Shown here piece after piece: positions 1-10,035 of a stretch of 31,555 bases of DNA. The notes under the pieces are model-generated. The model had not been told where the DNA came from. It did no database searches and saw only the letters and a list, made by a program, of their open reading frames with translations. Both the position numbers and the translations under genes were made by a program. Source of the DNA: a virus (taxonomy: Duplodnaviria; Caudoviricetes). The DNA lies in the IMG/VR virus record IMGVR_UViG_3300028925_012220, positions 1 through 31,555 of that record; one strand, written 5' to 3'. Position 1 is the stretch's first letter. Each line of letters starts with the position of its first letter.

Positions 1-2986
1 CTAATAGTCCGTTTCCTGTCTGGGTATAATATGTTGTAGGTATGTTCGTTCTACCACTGGTCATATCTGAATCTGTCTTGACAAGTGGTGTACCGTTTGA
101 TCCAGAGTAGAATTCCATTTTAGAATTGCTCAAGAGAACCCGGGTTTTTGAATTACCACCTATCTGGATTAGAGGGGTAGCTGCGGAACCTAAGCTTATG
201 TAATTAGCAGCGGAAGATGCATTTTTAGTAAGGGCTGCAGCTGCTAAAGTCCATCCCCCTATTGTGCCAGCTGTGGCTGTTATATTCCCAGCTGCAGTTA
301 CCTTAAATACAGAAGAAGCTCCTAGTGCCATTCCATCTGTGCCTAAATATAATCCAGTATTTGAATCTGTTAATGTTGCCTTCGAGCCTAATGTGATTTT
401 AGGTGTACCTGGGTCTAGTAATATATTTGTTTTTGATAAAGTTGTACCTACTGTCCATCCCCCTATACTACCTGCACTTGCAGAGACATGACCTGATGTA
501 TCAACTTCGAATAGTGGTGAACTATATCCTCCCAATTTAATTGTACCTGCATCTAAGTCCAATTCAGACCCAGCTGATTCACCCCAGTTTGTGGATATAA
601 TTCTACCGGTTGTTATTTTATCGCCTTCGATAACGGTTGACATTTGACCGGGAGCTGTTACCTGTATGTTTTCTATTTCAAGCTTCACTGTACTTGAATT
701 TGGAGTCATCCCCCAATCTAGCACTTCCCCTGTGCCCGCGTCTGCAGCAGTTGTTTGGTCGTAATATGAAGCAGATAGATTAGGATGTAACCAAAATTGA
801 TACCTTGCACCACCATCCAAGTTTGGTGTTATTTTCATCCTATGTTTAGTGCCGGCAACAAAAGCATTGGTCAGGCCTGTGGTGGAGAGACTAGCGCCGA
901 CTCCGTGCTCATATATAATCCCGTCGTTGTTGTTGATGTACACAGCATGATCTAGATTTGAATAAGCTGTTGTTGGGTAAGAACCTTCCCATGTATACTT
1001 TGCTGCAGCTCCCACGCCGAAGAATATAGCTTTTGCGCCATCATACAGAACCGTGAAATCTGTTATGAAGGAGTGATCACCTGATCTGTTAAACTTTTGT
1101 TTGCTCCGAAGTTCATGGGTCCACGCGGTTGCTGATCCACTGACTATTAGTCTACCGTTTTCTACCTCATGTCTTAAAGTAGCAGATTGATACCACTGCG
1201 AACCTGTTATTTCACCGTCAGGTACTAATTTCGTTACAGGTACAATTGAGCCAGATGGTCCGCCGAAGTTCTGATTCATACTATCACCATCTGGGTTAGT
1301 AACTTCTATCTTTCCTTTGAAGTAACCATTCTCTGTGTATATTCCAAATCCAGTTACATTGTCGGAAAAGGAAGGATCATTGATTCCAGATAAGTCACCT
1401 AACCTTGTCTTGAGTGATAGGTCATATATACCTGAACCTGTACGTTCCACTATATCGATGTATGGTGTTGTTTGGTCATTTGGGTTAGCATTCAATCTGA
1501 TAAATCCGGTGCCAATTTTACCCGTCGATACAACTACCTGTGAGCCAGAGTATGGCTGTGCACCTCCCGGTATATTACCTAGTGACTGTGAAACAGCTGT
1601 TGCAGCAACGCCATTTCCGTAAGCTCTTGTAACCATCAAGTTACCTGCAAAGTTAATTTCACTGCTTGAGTCGTGGCGTGATGATGAAACTACTTTCACA
1701 TACTCGGTTTGAAATCCTGTGGCGTTAACTCGCTTCATAGATAGGATTTCACCAGCTGCAAAGCCTGTTACATTAACCACCGACATTGTTGTGTCTGTTG
1801 CAGCATACAATCCACCTTGGTTAGCTTGTCCTGTAATTACAGAGCCTGTCAGTGCTGTTGAATTAGCCACGTATAATTGTCCACCTACCGCGTTGACTGT
1901 TTCCTTTTCAAAAACAGCGGTGGATAGTGTTCCACGTATCTTTGCATTTTCTACTTCTAGAAATCCTCCTGATGCTGCCGTTAAAGCGAATCCCGAAAAG
2001 TTTGAAACATAGTTGTTAGACTTAATTGATCCCTCTTTGTGTATAGTTAAATTACCACCGGTTAGTTTTTCATTATCAAACACCCATCCGGCAATATCAT
2101 TTGTTGATCCTAATTGGAATACTGTGTTACCGCCAGTGACCCCTTTTATTCCAAAATTGTCTGCAGCTTTATATTTTAATTCTACAAAATCATTATTATC
2201 ATCTGTACCATCGGTTACCTTTACTCCGTAACTAGCACTCACCGTTACTCCAGTTGTAGATAATTCTCCGGTGTTTATAGTCCATCCTGCTACCTTTCCA
2301 CCTGTGAATAGTACATCTGAGCCTGTTATCTGACCTGTGTCTCTCAATATCAGATTATTATTAGATGATGATAATGTTGATGCATCTATACTAAATCCAC
2401 CAATCTCTCCGGATGTTGCTGTCAGTGCTCCAGCCTTAGTAACACTAAATGGAGCTGATGCGAATGATGCATGTCCTAATTGTATTCCATCGTCGGCATC
2501 AGCGATGAATATATTATTACCAGCTCCTAATTGCAACTTTTTTGCGCTTGTATCAAGCAGAAAGTTAGTAGCAGTTAGAGTATTAGTTCCGATTGCAAAG
2601 CCACCTATTGTTCCACCAGCTTCTGCTGTAATAATTCCTTGCATTACTACATCACCACCTTCGTTTAATTCAAAGTTGGAAGATGAAATTGCTATTGTAC
2701 CGTCTCCTGATCCAGATATGAATGCAGCGTCTGATCCTAGGAAAAATCTATTTGTTTTTATATCTAGAGCTGAAGTTTGATTGTTATCCGTATCTGTTTG
2801 AAATCTTAAGTAACTTCCACTATGTGCAATCGCTTCTATACCGACACCGTAATACTGTGTTAGTTGGGATGCATCTGATTTTGATAGTTGCATTGATCCA
2901 GACCATATTATAAATCCAGAGCCTGTTGCTGCACTACCTGTCGCGTGGTTCCATCCACCGTAATCTTTTGTTCGTATATTAGCCAT
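1..2986 (-). CDS. Long tail fibre / tail-associated protein, 3'-truncated by the window edge (995 codons visible; absent from ORF track)
   Basis: ATG at 2986 (MANIRTKDYGGWNHATGS...); frame open in every segment I translated, down to position 2 (...TQTGNGLL); G/S/T/A-rich with six G-x-(I/V)-(G/A)-G-(W/F)-like repeats (GGTIGGF, SGEIGGF, GGKVAGW, DIAGW, AGSIGGW, AGTIGGW) typical of fibre shafts. Confidence 0.75.
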   Translation of the reverse strand, partial: MANIRTKDYGGWNHATGSAATGSGFIIWSGSMQLSKSDASQLTQYYGVGIEAIAHSGSYLRFQTDTDNNQTSALDIKTNRFFLGSDAAFISGSGDGTIAISSSNFELNEGGDVVMQGIITAEAGGTIGGFAIGTNTLTATNFLLDTSAKKLQLGAGNNIFIADADDGIQLGHASFASAPFSVTKAGALTATSGEIGGFSIDASTLSSSNNNLILRDTGQITGSDVLFTGGKVAGWTINTGELSTTGVTVSASYGVKVTDGTDDNNDFVELKYKAADNFGIKGVTGGNTVFQLGSTNDIAGWVFDNEKLTGGNLTIHKEGSIKSNNYVSNFSGFALTAASGGFLEVENAKIRGTLSTAVFEKETVNAVGGQLYVANSTALTGSVITGQANQGGLYAATDTTMSVVNVTGFAAGEILSMKRVNATGFQTEYVKVVSSSRHDSSSEINFAGNLMVTRAYGNGVAATAVSQSLGNIPGGAQPYSGSQVVVSTGKIGTGFIRLNANPNDQTTPYIDIVERTGSGIYDLSLKTRLGDLSGINDPSFSDNVTGFGIYTENGYFKGKIEVTNPDGDSMNQNFGGPSGSIVPVTKLVPDGEITGSQWYQSATLRHEVENGRLIVSGSATAWTHELRSKQKFNRSGDHSFITDFTVLYDGAKAIFFGVGAAAKYTWEGSYPTTAYSNLDHAVYINNNDGIIYEHGVGASLSTTGLTNAFVAGTKHRMKITPNLDGGARYQFWLHPNLSASYYDQTTAADAGTGEVLDWGMTPNSSTVKLEIENIQVTAPGQMSTVIEGDKITTGRIISTNWGESAGSELDLDAGTIKLGGYSSPLFEVDTSGHVSASAGSIGGWTVGTTLSKTNILLDPGTPKITLGSKATLTDSNTGLYLGTDGMALGASSVFKVTAAGNITATAGTIGGWTLAAAALTKNASSAANYISLGSAATPLIQIGGNSKTRVLLSNSKMEFYSGSNGTPLVKTDSDMTSGRTNIPTTYYTQTGNGLL

Positions 2987-2989
2987 AAT

Positions 2990-5041
2990 TTAGTCCATTA
3001 CTCCTTGTAGTATTATTCCGCCTCCAATAGTAACCGTCCCGGTAAGTACATTGTTGTCACCATCAATAAATAAATTACTTCCTACGAAATCTAATGATTG
3101 TGTTGTTAATGTGATATTAGCTATCTCACCTAAAGTGTTATAAAATTCAAACTTAAAATCTAATACATCATCTGCTTGGGGCGTTTGTATTGGAAACTCT
3201 AGGAATGTGTGATTAGGTGTAAACCCATAATCATTTGCTCCTTCGAGCTCGACGTTTGAAAAATGCCACTTTCCTCTCGTTACTGCGAAAACTAAATGTG
3301 CAGTGGTATCTAATTGTGGTGTGTATACAAGTTCTAATAATCGCTCGTCTATGCCAGATGTTATGTTAGGATTAATCATTTGAGCTGTATTAGAGGTAAA
3401 TCCAGCTGGAATTTGTATAGATGGGCTTAACCCCGGAGTAGCTCCAGCTAGTCCGAACATTGCTGGGACATTAACAGGTGCAGAGGATAGCACGAGATTT
3501 GAAATATTAAGAAATTGTGATACGTTTGTAACAAGGTTAGGTGCTGTATTCTCAGTCTCTAATGTTATAAGTTTATGTCCTAGATTACGCTCATCTGTTG
3601 ATCCTATATTACTACCTGATATGTAAATGTCCACCAGTGATGATGATACCTGTGTTGGTGTATCCGACTCTGCTACAACTTTAAATTTAACTTGATACTC
3701 ATTGTCTTTGTAAATATCGACACCCGTCTTTGTTACCACTTTAATAAATGGATCTGTTGCTAAGGGTGCAGATGGGTAATTTGTGGATCCTACCAGTCCA
3801 GTACTGCCTGATATAAGCATAGATGATATCATCTGTGAATCGTCATGTTTGCAGTACGGGGTGTGGCTAGGTTGATTTACAGAAGATGATGCCCAGAAAT
3901 TATCTACAATCGCTTGACTCTTGAAATCACCCATAGGATCATATGCTAATGCAGATGACACATTTATTAATAAATCTCGTTCTTGTAGTATCTCTTCACT
4001 CACTGCTTGAAAATCAGCATACCCGTGACTTTTCATATATGTTTTTATTGAATGCACCTTTCCAACAATTGGATCGATATTTTTTAATGTTACGCTTGCA
4101 AATGATTGTGAATTTAATGAACCAGTTGCGTATGTAGCTTCCTGCTGCCATTCTATAGTGTAGTTAGATATCGGTCCAAATGATGTTACAGGGTATGCAG
4201 AGTTAACTGTTGATACCGCGGGTGATGCATCTGCTCTACCGTCACCGGTAGTGTCGACTTGAGTGGTAGTTGACTGTACAGCCAACACATAGGGATCAAC
4301 CTTGAGTGTTGTGCTATTAACAACTTGCGTAATATAACTTAAGTACTCGGTAGTAGCTTCAGGCTGTAGCTCGTAGTTGGTGGGGAGTGAGAATCCAGGT
4401 GTGGGGATTTTTAACAACCCTCCAGCCATCGATGCAGAAAAGTTAGCTCCTGTGATTGTCATATATGCATCGCCGTACCCGCTGTATGTGTATGATACAT
4501 TACCAACAGTTTGTGTAGCTACTGATTGCCCTGATGTGTATGTTTGTGTTAAGTACTCTCTCTCGTATTCAAATATTTTTACACCGGGTATTGTTTGAAA
4601 TAATATAGGTGTTTTGTTAACAGCTGACGGCTCTATTACTAATTCACGAGACCATTTCACATTAGGTTGATTGCGCCAGTTAACAGGTATATCTCTACCA
4701 TCAGGTCGAAGTATTGCAGTCCCTAGGACCTGTATCTTACCAAGCCCTGGTGGTGTTTCTGGATATATCCAAATCCCAATTACTAACCTACCTGTCGCGT
4801 CGACAAAGTTGTTTACATGGTGGTATACAGCTTTTCCGTTTATATCAGTGACTTGGATTGAAATGTCCGTACCGGCTTTAAGTAGTTGATTATTACCGTA
4901 TATCTTAAACATGTTCTTACCGGCTGTTAAAACATCAGGTACATCATCTAATCTAAAATATGTTGAGTCAAACTGTGATTGATTAATCAATACAGTGTTA
5001 TTAAACTCAGGTCGTAATTTACCTACGCGGCGTTGTAGCAT
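2990..5041 (-). CDS. Putative virion/tail structural protein (683 aa), in frame with the downstream fibre ORF
   Basis: Long beta-rich S/T/G/N-rich ORF; GGAG SD and late-type motif upstream; same frame as the 1..2986 ORF. Confidence 0.6.
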   Translation of the reverse strand: MLQRRVGKLRPEFNNTVLINQSQFDSTYFRLDDVPDVLTAGKNMFKIYGNNQLLKAGTDISIQVTDINGKAVYHHVNNFVDATGRLVIGIWIYPETPPGLGKIQVLGTAILRPDGRDIPVNWRNQPNVKWSRELVIEPSAVNKTPILFQTIPGVKIFEYEREYLTQTYTSGQSVATQTVGNVSYTYSGYGDAYMTITGANFSASMAGGLLKIPTPGFSLPTNYELQPEATTEYLSYITQVVNSTTLKVDPYVLAVQSTTTQVDTTGDGRADASPAVSTVNSAYPVTSFGPISNYTIEWQQEATYATGSLNSQSFASVTLKNIDPIVGKVHSIKTYMKSHGYADFQAVSEEILQERDLLINVSSALAYDPMGDFKSQAIVDNFWASSSVNQPSHTPYCKHDDSQMISSMLISGSTGLVGSTNYPSAPLATDPFIKVVTKTGVDIYKDNEYQVKFKVVAESDTPTQVSSSLVDIYISGSNIGSTDERNLGHKLITLETENTAPNLVTNVSQFLNISNLVLSSAPVNVPAMFGLAGATPGLSPSIQIPAGFTSNTAQMINPNITSGIDERLLELVYTPQLDTTAHLVFAVTRGKWHFSNVELEGANDYGFTPNHTFLEFPIQTPQADDVLDFKFEFYNTLGEIANITLTTQSLDFVGSNLFIDGDNNVLTGTVTIGGGIILQGVMD

Positions 5042-5083
5042 GGGACTCTCCAGTATATCTACCTACTTTATGCAGGTATCACA

Positions 5084-5093
5084 TATAAATATC
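5084..5093 (-). promoter_or_regulatory. Putative late promoter (GATATTTATA on coding strand)
   Basis: Recurrent intergenic motif; about 42 nt upstream of the 683-aa ORF. Confidence 0.6.
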
Positions 5094-5099
5094 TAACGG

Positions 5100-8000
5100 T
5101 TAATAAATAACGTTACTTATGCTACCTGTTCTGTTGATTTCTATAGTAGTATCTACCATATCACGCATTATATCGATATGTGATATAATTAGTATAAAAT
5201 CAAATTGAAGTTTTAGATAATCGAATAGCATTGCAATCGAATTAATATTATTAGTATCTAGATTACCAAACCCCTCGTCAATTGCTAAAAACGTTGGACG
5301 CGGGAGACTTGATATGTTATTTAATGCTACCCTAATTGCTAAGGATGATACAAACTTTTCCATTCCAGACGTCATCTCTAATGGCCATTGATTATCATCA
5401 CCGTACTTAATGTATGTTAATATATTCTTACCATCTACATCGAATATTAATTTGAAGTCAACAATTTGGGATAATATATTATTTATTTCTTCCTCTATGT
5501 AAGGTAGTGTATCAGATATTATTTCATAAGGTATACCGTCTCTCTGAATTGCATCTAGATAATATTCGTATGCTTTCAGTTTAGTCTCAAGAGTATGTGC
5601 TTTTTTAATCTGCGTGTTTATACCTTTAATGTGAGATCTAAGAACCTTCACATCACTGTAGCATAGTTGGCACTTACTATTAATAGAATTCAACTTATGG
5701 TTAAGTGTGTTTTCAACACTTGTCAGGCCTTCTATAAGTTTATTTATTTTTCTATTCTCTTCAATTGCCTGTATGTTACTATGGTATGCTTTTATCTTTT
5801 TATTTATACTACTCACAGTATGCTCCAGACCTGTGCGCTTATCTTTGGCTTGGTAGTAGGCTATCCTTCCTGCGCTACGCTCTCGATCAATATTAGCTAA
5901 TAGGTTACGAATTTGTTGAATTTTATTATAATCATCTACAGCAGTGCTATTGTTTTCAATATGCTCTGTGTATGTGTTCAATTCTGCTAATACATGGGTA
6001 ACTTGTATTCGATCTTGCTCTAATGCAACTTTTATACCTTCTGACATTTGTATGTATTCACTCTCCCTCTTTACACAAAAGTCACATGTAGGATCGAAAT
6101 CACTATGTGTTTCTAACTTATCTATCTTATGCTTGACTTCTAACTTAAGATGGTCCCGGGTTCGTTCAAGTGTAGTTGTCTTCGCGATAGTCTCATTGTA
6201 TAGTGTATATCTCTCATTAACGTCCTGAACATCGTATGCTGTTAATATTTTGTTAGCTTTGCTAATTTTCTCTTTATTAGCGTCTGATATCTTTTCGTCT
6301 ATATCTAACCGCGTATTAATTGTTGCTATTTGATTTTGTAATCCTATAAGTTCAAGCTCTAACAAGTTCACATCATCGAGGGGTACTCGCTTATGTAATG
6401 TTTTTGTTTTTGTTAATATATCCTTCTGTACTGCAGAGATTTCTGCTTCAGTGACAGACTTCTCAGCTTCATACTCTACATGTCGCTTAACATCGATCTC
6501 TAATTTCTCCTCTGTATCGACGAGTTGCTGTGAATAATCTGTGCTACCGAAGTCTTTTAGCAGAGCTTGAACATCTCTTATCTCATCATTAGCTAAACTA
6601 TACAACTCTTCAAATACAGCTATATCTAAGAACTGTGATAATAAGTCCTTCTTCTCGAACTGTGACTTATCAATAAACCCTGTGTTATTGTTTTGAACAG
6701 AAAGTGCAGTTAATACAAAGTCATCATACTGACCTAGATACCCTTGAATGTTTTTATCTGTCTCTCTGCGTTGCTCTCCATTGAGAGACACGTTATTTCC
6801 ATCTTCATCGAGATACCAGAAATCTACATCAACACGTACCTTTCCCTTCATCCAACCCTTTGAAATGCGCTTTGCTGTACGTTCAATAAAATAATCTGTA
6901 CCATCGATCTCGAAATTTAATTTACAGTGGAAATTATTTTTCTTATTATTCATTATGTCTGTAGCTAGCTTACCTCTACTACATCTATCGAATATACAGA
7001 ATGCAATTGAATCCAGAATAGCTGACTTACCGGCATGGTTCGGAGCAAATATTCCTACCACATCTTTAGCTTTAGTGAAATTAATAGAATTGCCGTCTCC
7101 ATAACTAAACATATTTGAAAATTCAAATGTCTTTAACTTCCAGGTAACAGAGCGGGTTATATCTTCATTCTGTAAAAGTTCGTTTAATGTTTTATTTATA
7201 GATCTAATTTGACGCATCATGGCGTCGTCAACATCGTGATTTTTATCTATGTACTCTTGTAGTAATTTATTCTGATAATTTATATCGCGGACATCACGAG
7301 TCAGAGCTCTACTTGTTGTTGCATGACCTTTTATTTTATCTTGCTTAATGATAACTACATCATTAGCTTTGCACTTCTTTTTTATAACCTTCAGTATGTT
7401 TTTAACCTCTGCTTCTGTAGTATTCTTTGTACGCAGTCGCACTCTAGGATATTTTGGTATATCGTCGATGGGAGGTAAGATACCGTCCTTTATATCAATG
7501 GTATAAAATCCATAGCTGTTAGGTATGTCTGTATATTTTGGTTTTCGTGTCTTAACATCCCATACAGCAAATCCATGGTGCTTAAAAGCTTCACCGAAAT
7601 TTTGTTGGATTAGTGACCCGGGGTAGCATATGGTTTTTGCTTTATCAACATACTGACGCTTGTGAATGTCACCTAATAGGGATAAATCGTATCCATCAAA
7701 TAAATCAGCAGTGTACTCATCACCTGTTACTTCGTACCCAATGTCTGTCTTCGATGACTTAACAGGTCCGTGGAATAGTGCAATCTTTGTATCTGCTTCA
7801 AAGGTGTTTGCTTTGATAAATGTAGATGGGTGGTCAAATATACTAAATACAGTAAAGTGAACATCTCCAAATTTATAAATACCAGAATCTTTTAGGTAGT
7901 GTAAATCTTTATGATTAATATTATCAATTATAGGCGTCAGTGCATCTAGCCTACTAGTGTTGTTTAAGTTTGTATCATGGTTACCTGTAATTACTATGGT

Positions 8001-8255
8001 TGGCCTGATGTCCGCTAACTTCTTGAAAAATTCAGATGTTATAGCTATTAACTCTGGAGATATGTCTGTCTTGTTGTGCACGATGTCACCTGCAACATAT
8101 ATTAAGCTATTAGTAGGCAGTGCTTTAGCCGCTTTGTATAGATGCTTAAACACTTCTCTATATTCTTTATGTCGTTGGTAGTTACGTATATGTATATCTG
8201 CAACGTGTAATATTTTATCTACTTTTTGAAATCCTGTATTAATTGTTTGTATCAT
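5100..8255 (-). CDS. sbcCD: Fused SbcD-SbcC (Mre11-Rad50; T4 gp47-gp46-like) recombination nuclease/ATPase
   Basis: N-terminal metallophosphoesterase motifs DIH, GD, GNHD, GDIH; Walker A APNHAGKS; coiled coil with CDFC zinc hook; signature TSGME; Walker B/D-loop LAIDEGFGNLD; H-loop ISH. Confidence 0.92.
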   Translation of the reverse strand: MIQTINTGFQKVDKILHVADIHIRNYQRHKEYREVFKHLYKAAKALPTNSLIYVAGDIVHNKTDISPELIAITSEFFKKLADIRPTIVITGNHDTNLNNTSRLDALTPIIDNINHKDLHYLKDSGIYKFGDVHFTVFSIFDHPSTFIKANTFEADTKIALFHGPVKSSKTDIGYEVTGDEYTADLFDGYDLSLLGDIHKRQYVDKAKTICYPGSLIQQNFGEAFKHHGFAVWDVKTRKPKYTDIPNSYGFYTIDIKDGILPPIDDIPKYPRVRLRTKNTTEAEVKNILKVIKKKCKANDVVIIKQDKIKGHATTSRALTRDVRDINYQNKLLQEYIDKNHDVDDAMMRQIRSINKTLNELLQNEDITRSVTWKLKTFEFSNMFSYGDGNSINFTKAKDVVGIFAPNHAGKSAILDSIAFCIFDRCSRGKLATDIMNNKKNNFHCKLNFEIDGTDYFIERTAKRISKGWMKGKVRVDVDFWYLDEDGNNVSLNGEQRRETDKNIQGYLGQYDDFVLTALSVQNNNTGFIDKSQFEKKDLLSQFLDIAVFEELYSLANDEIRDVQALLKDFGSTDYSQQLVDTEEKLEIDVKRHVEYEAEKSVTEAEISAVQKDILTKTKTLHKRVPLDDVNLLELELIGLQNQIATINTRLDIDEKISDANKEKISKANKILTAYDVQDVNERYTLYNETIAKTTTLERTRDHLKLEVKHKIDKLETHSDFDPTCDFCVKRESEYIQMSEGIKVALEQDRIQVTHVLAELNTYTEHIENNSTAVDDYNKIQQIRNLLANIDRERSAGRIAYYQAKDKRTGLEHTVSSINKKIKAYHSNIQAIEENRKINKLIEGLTSVENTLNHKLNSINSKCQLCYSDVKVLRSHIKGINTQIKKAHTLETKLKAYEYYLDAIQRDGIPYEIISDTLPYIEEEINNILSQIVDFKLIFDVDGKNILTYIKYGDDNQWPLEMTSGMEKFVSSLAIRVALNNISSLPRPTFLAIDEGFGNLDTNNINSIAMLFDYLKLQFDFILIISHIDIMRDMVDTTIEINRTGSISNVIY

Positions 8256-9163
8256 CCAAACATACTCCCTATCTTTTTTAACATTAGCCCACTACCAGTA
8301 ATATAACTAGTTAGCTGCGCTTTATTTATCATATTAGTATATCCAAGGTCGGATGGATCTTTATCACCTAACTCTATAAGATATACATTGACACCATTAT
8401 CAATAAAGTATTGACAAATGTCTAGCGCTTTTGCTCTCGCATCTGAATCTAATGCTATGTATATATCTTTTACCTTACGCTCAATAATTTGCTTTTTAAG
8501 GTTGTCTAATATTATTTTTCCAAACAATGGTATAGCATTGCGCTTTACTGCTATTGCATCGAACACTCCCTCAACTATTGTTATTGGCTCGTCCCAATTT
8601 ATAAACAGCTCAAACCCAATAATATCTTTTGATACTTTTGGATTTTTATGCTTGAATGTTGAATCCTTGTAATAACTCCTACCAGTAAAAAAGTTTAGCT
8701 TACCATCCTTATTATAGCTAGGAATTATTATCATCTTGTCGTATTGTCCAGATTCACAGTACCCTATACCATACCTTACTATATCCTCTCGTGTTACACC
8801 TCTGTTTTTTAAGTACATCAGTGCATTACGGAATTCTGGATTAGTTTTGTTACCGTTAAGTATTAATTGAAATTCTGGAGGGAGTGATACGTGCTCTGCT
8901 ACTGCTTCCTTTACAGGAATGTAGGACCCTGTATAAGTTGCTAAATCTTTAAGTTGTGAGACAGATGCACTAATCTTTTTAAACAATGTGTGTAACTTCC
9001 TACCTTTAGCATTACACACCCAACAGTGCCAATACTCTGTATTCAAGTCAACCTCCAATTTATGCTTATAGTGATTGCATAAAGGGCACTTGAATGACAT
9101 GTTATTACCAGATGTCTTCTTAGATCGACCCAGTACTGTTTCAAGTAAACTTAACAAACTCAT
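8252..9163 (-). CDS. dnaG: DNA primase (Zn-finger + TOPRIM)
   Basis: CPLC...HCWVC Zn-binding domain; TOPRIM IVEGVFDA and ALDSDA; ATGA overlap with the nuclease gene. Confidence 0.9.
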   Translation of the reverse strand: MSLLSLLETVLGRSKKTSGNNMSFKCPLCNHYKHKLEVDLNTEYWHCWVCNAKGRKLHTLFKKISASVSQLKDLATYTGSYIPVKEAVAEHVSLPPEFQLILNGNKTNPEFRNALMYLKNRGVTREDIVRYGIGYCESGQYDKMIIIPSYNKDGKLNFFTGRSYYKDSTFKHKNPKVSKDIIGFELFINWDEPITIVEGVFDAIAVKRNAIPLFGKIILDNLKKQIIERKVKDIYIALDSDARAKALDICQYFIDNGVNVYLIELGDKDPSDLGYTNMINKAQLTSYITGSGLMLKKIGSMFG

Positions 9164-9168
9164 AGCTT

Positions 9169-9198
9169 AATATAAGAAAATTAATTCAATTAACCAAC
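9169..9198 (-). promoter_or_regulatory. Putative early/middle bipartite promoter GTTGG-N18-TTATATT
   Basis: Same motif and spacing as sites at 27639, 29347 and 30576; ends 5 nt before the primase ATG. Confidence 0.7.
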
Positions 9199-9630
9199 GA
9201 TTTCGGTGACTATTTTCTTAATAGCAGTATCAACCTTCACGTTACCAAAGCGGCGGGGTCCTATACAGTCGTTGTAATATATATCGTTTGACGCGACATG
9301 GAATCGATGATGTAGGTTTTCCTCTAAATAGTTAACCTGACCTTTCGTGTTGCCTAATATAAGAATTTCAAATCGAAAATGCAACTTTCCTATCGTATTT
9401 ATATCTTTATTTAATTCAATAGAAGAGCCTGTATATTCTCTCCAGTTAGAGTCTTTACGTGTAACCTTGCGACGCTTTTTACCTACCACCTTTGTACGAC
9501 GTGTTGTGCCGAAATACTTCCGTCCAATATACTTTTTATCTGATTTAAGATTTGTAATTATGTACACGAACCCAAAGTACCCTTTAGGCGCTTCTTCTAG
9601 CGTTTTATTTTTATATAACCAATGACTCAT
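9190..9630 (-). CDS. GIY-YIG nuclease-family protein (T4-like phage type)
   Basis: GFVYIITN...KYIGRK motif, WREYTGSS, conserved E (YLEE) and YYN. Confidence 0.82.
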   Translation of the reverse strand: MSHWLYKNKTLEEAPKGYFGFVYIITNLKSDKKYIGRKYFGTTRRTKVVGKKRRKVTRKDSNWREYTGSSIELNKDINTIGKLHFRFEILILGNTKGQVNYLEENLHHRFHVASNDIYYNDCIGPRRFGNVKVDTAIKKIVTEIVG

Positions 9631-9641
9631 GTATTACAGTA

Positions 9642-10019
9642 TTATGCTCCGTATGCACAGGAATTTTTACCCGTCTTATACGGCGTCGGGTGAGTTCCTC
9701 CTTTAGGATGTGAATGCCCACATTTGTGACAGCACCCTGATTCACCTTTTTTAAGTCTCTCATCAATCTTGGGATGGTAACCTAACCAGACATTTTTAAC
9801 GTCACCAAAGGATTCACCATCTCCTTTTAATTCAGCTGCTACGATGTTATCTGGAGTTCCATACCAGTAAGCGACATCGTATCCACCATCCTCTTTCCAT
9901 CTAACAATCAATCCACGTTCATGTTCATCTGTATCAGCCTGCAATATAATCTGCTTACCTTTTGGTAATTTGAGATCTGATTGTACTTCTTCTCGTATTA
10001 TATGTTTTAATTTAATCAT
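9642..10019 (-). CDS. Hypothetical protein with MIKLKHIIREE leader and Cys/His-rich C-terminus
   Basis: ORF track; CCHKCGHSH...H...C tail; late-type motif 6 nt upstream. Confidence 0.65.
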   Translation of the reverse strand: MIKLKHIIREEVQSDLKLPKGKQIILQADTDEHERGLIVRWKEDGGYDVAYWYGTPDNIVAAELKGDGESFGDVKNVWLGYHPKIDERLKKGESGCCHKCGHSHPKGGTHPTPYKTGKNSCAYGA

Positions 10020-10025
10020 CGTGTA

Positions 10026-10035
10026 TATAAATATC
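10026..10035 (-). promoter_or_regulatory. Putative late promoter (GATATTTATA)
   Basis: Recurrent motif in a 15-bp intergenic gap. Confidence 0.6.

Noticed and set aside
264-2913. Series of plus-strand ORFs (75-147 aa)
   Set aside because: Antisense shadows of the long minus-strand fibre gene; no recognisable domains
9190-9630. GIY-YIG gene as a mobile homing endonuclease or intron
   Set aside because: Catalytic domain only, no recognisable C-terminal DNA-binding repeats, and it does not interrupt a gene
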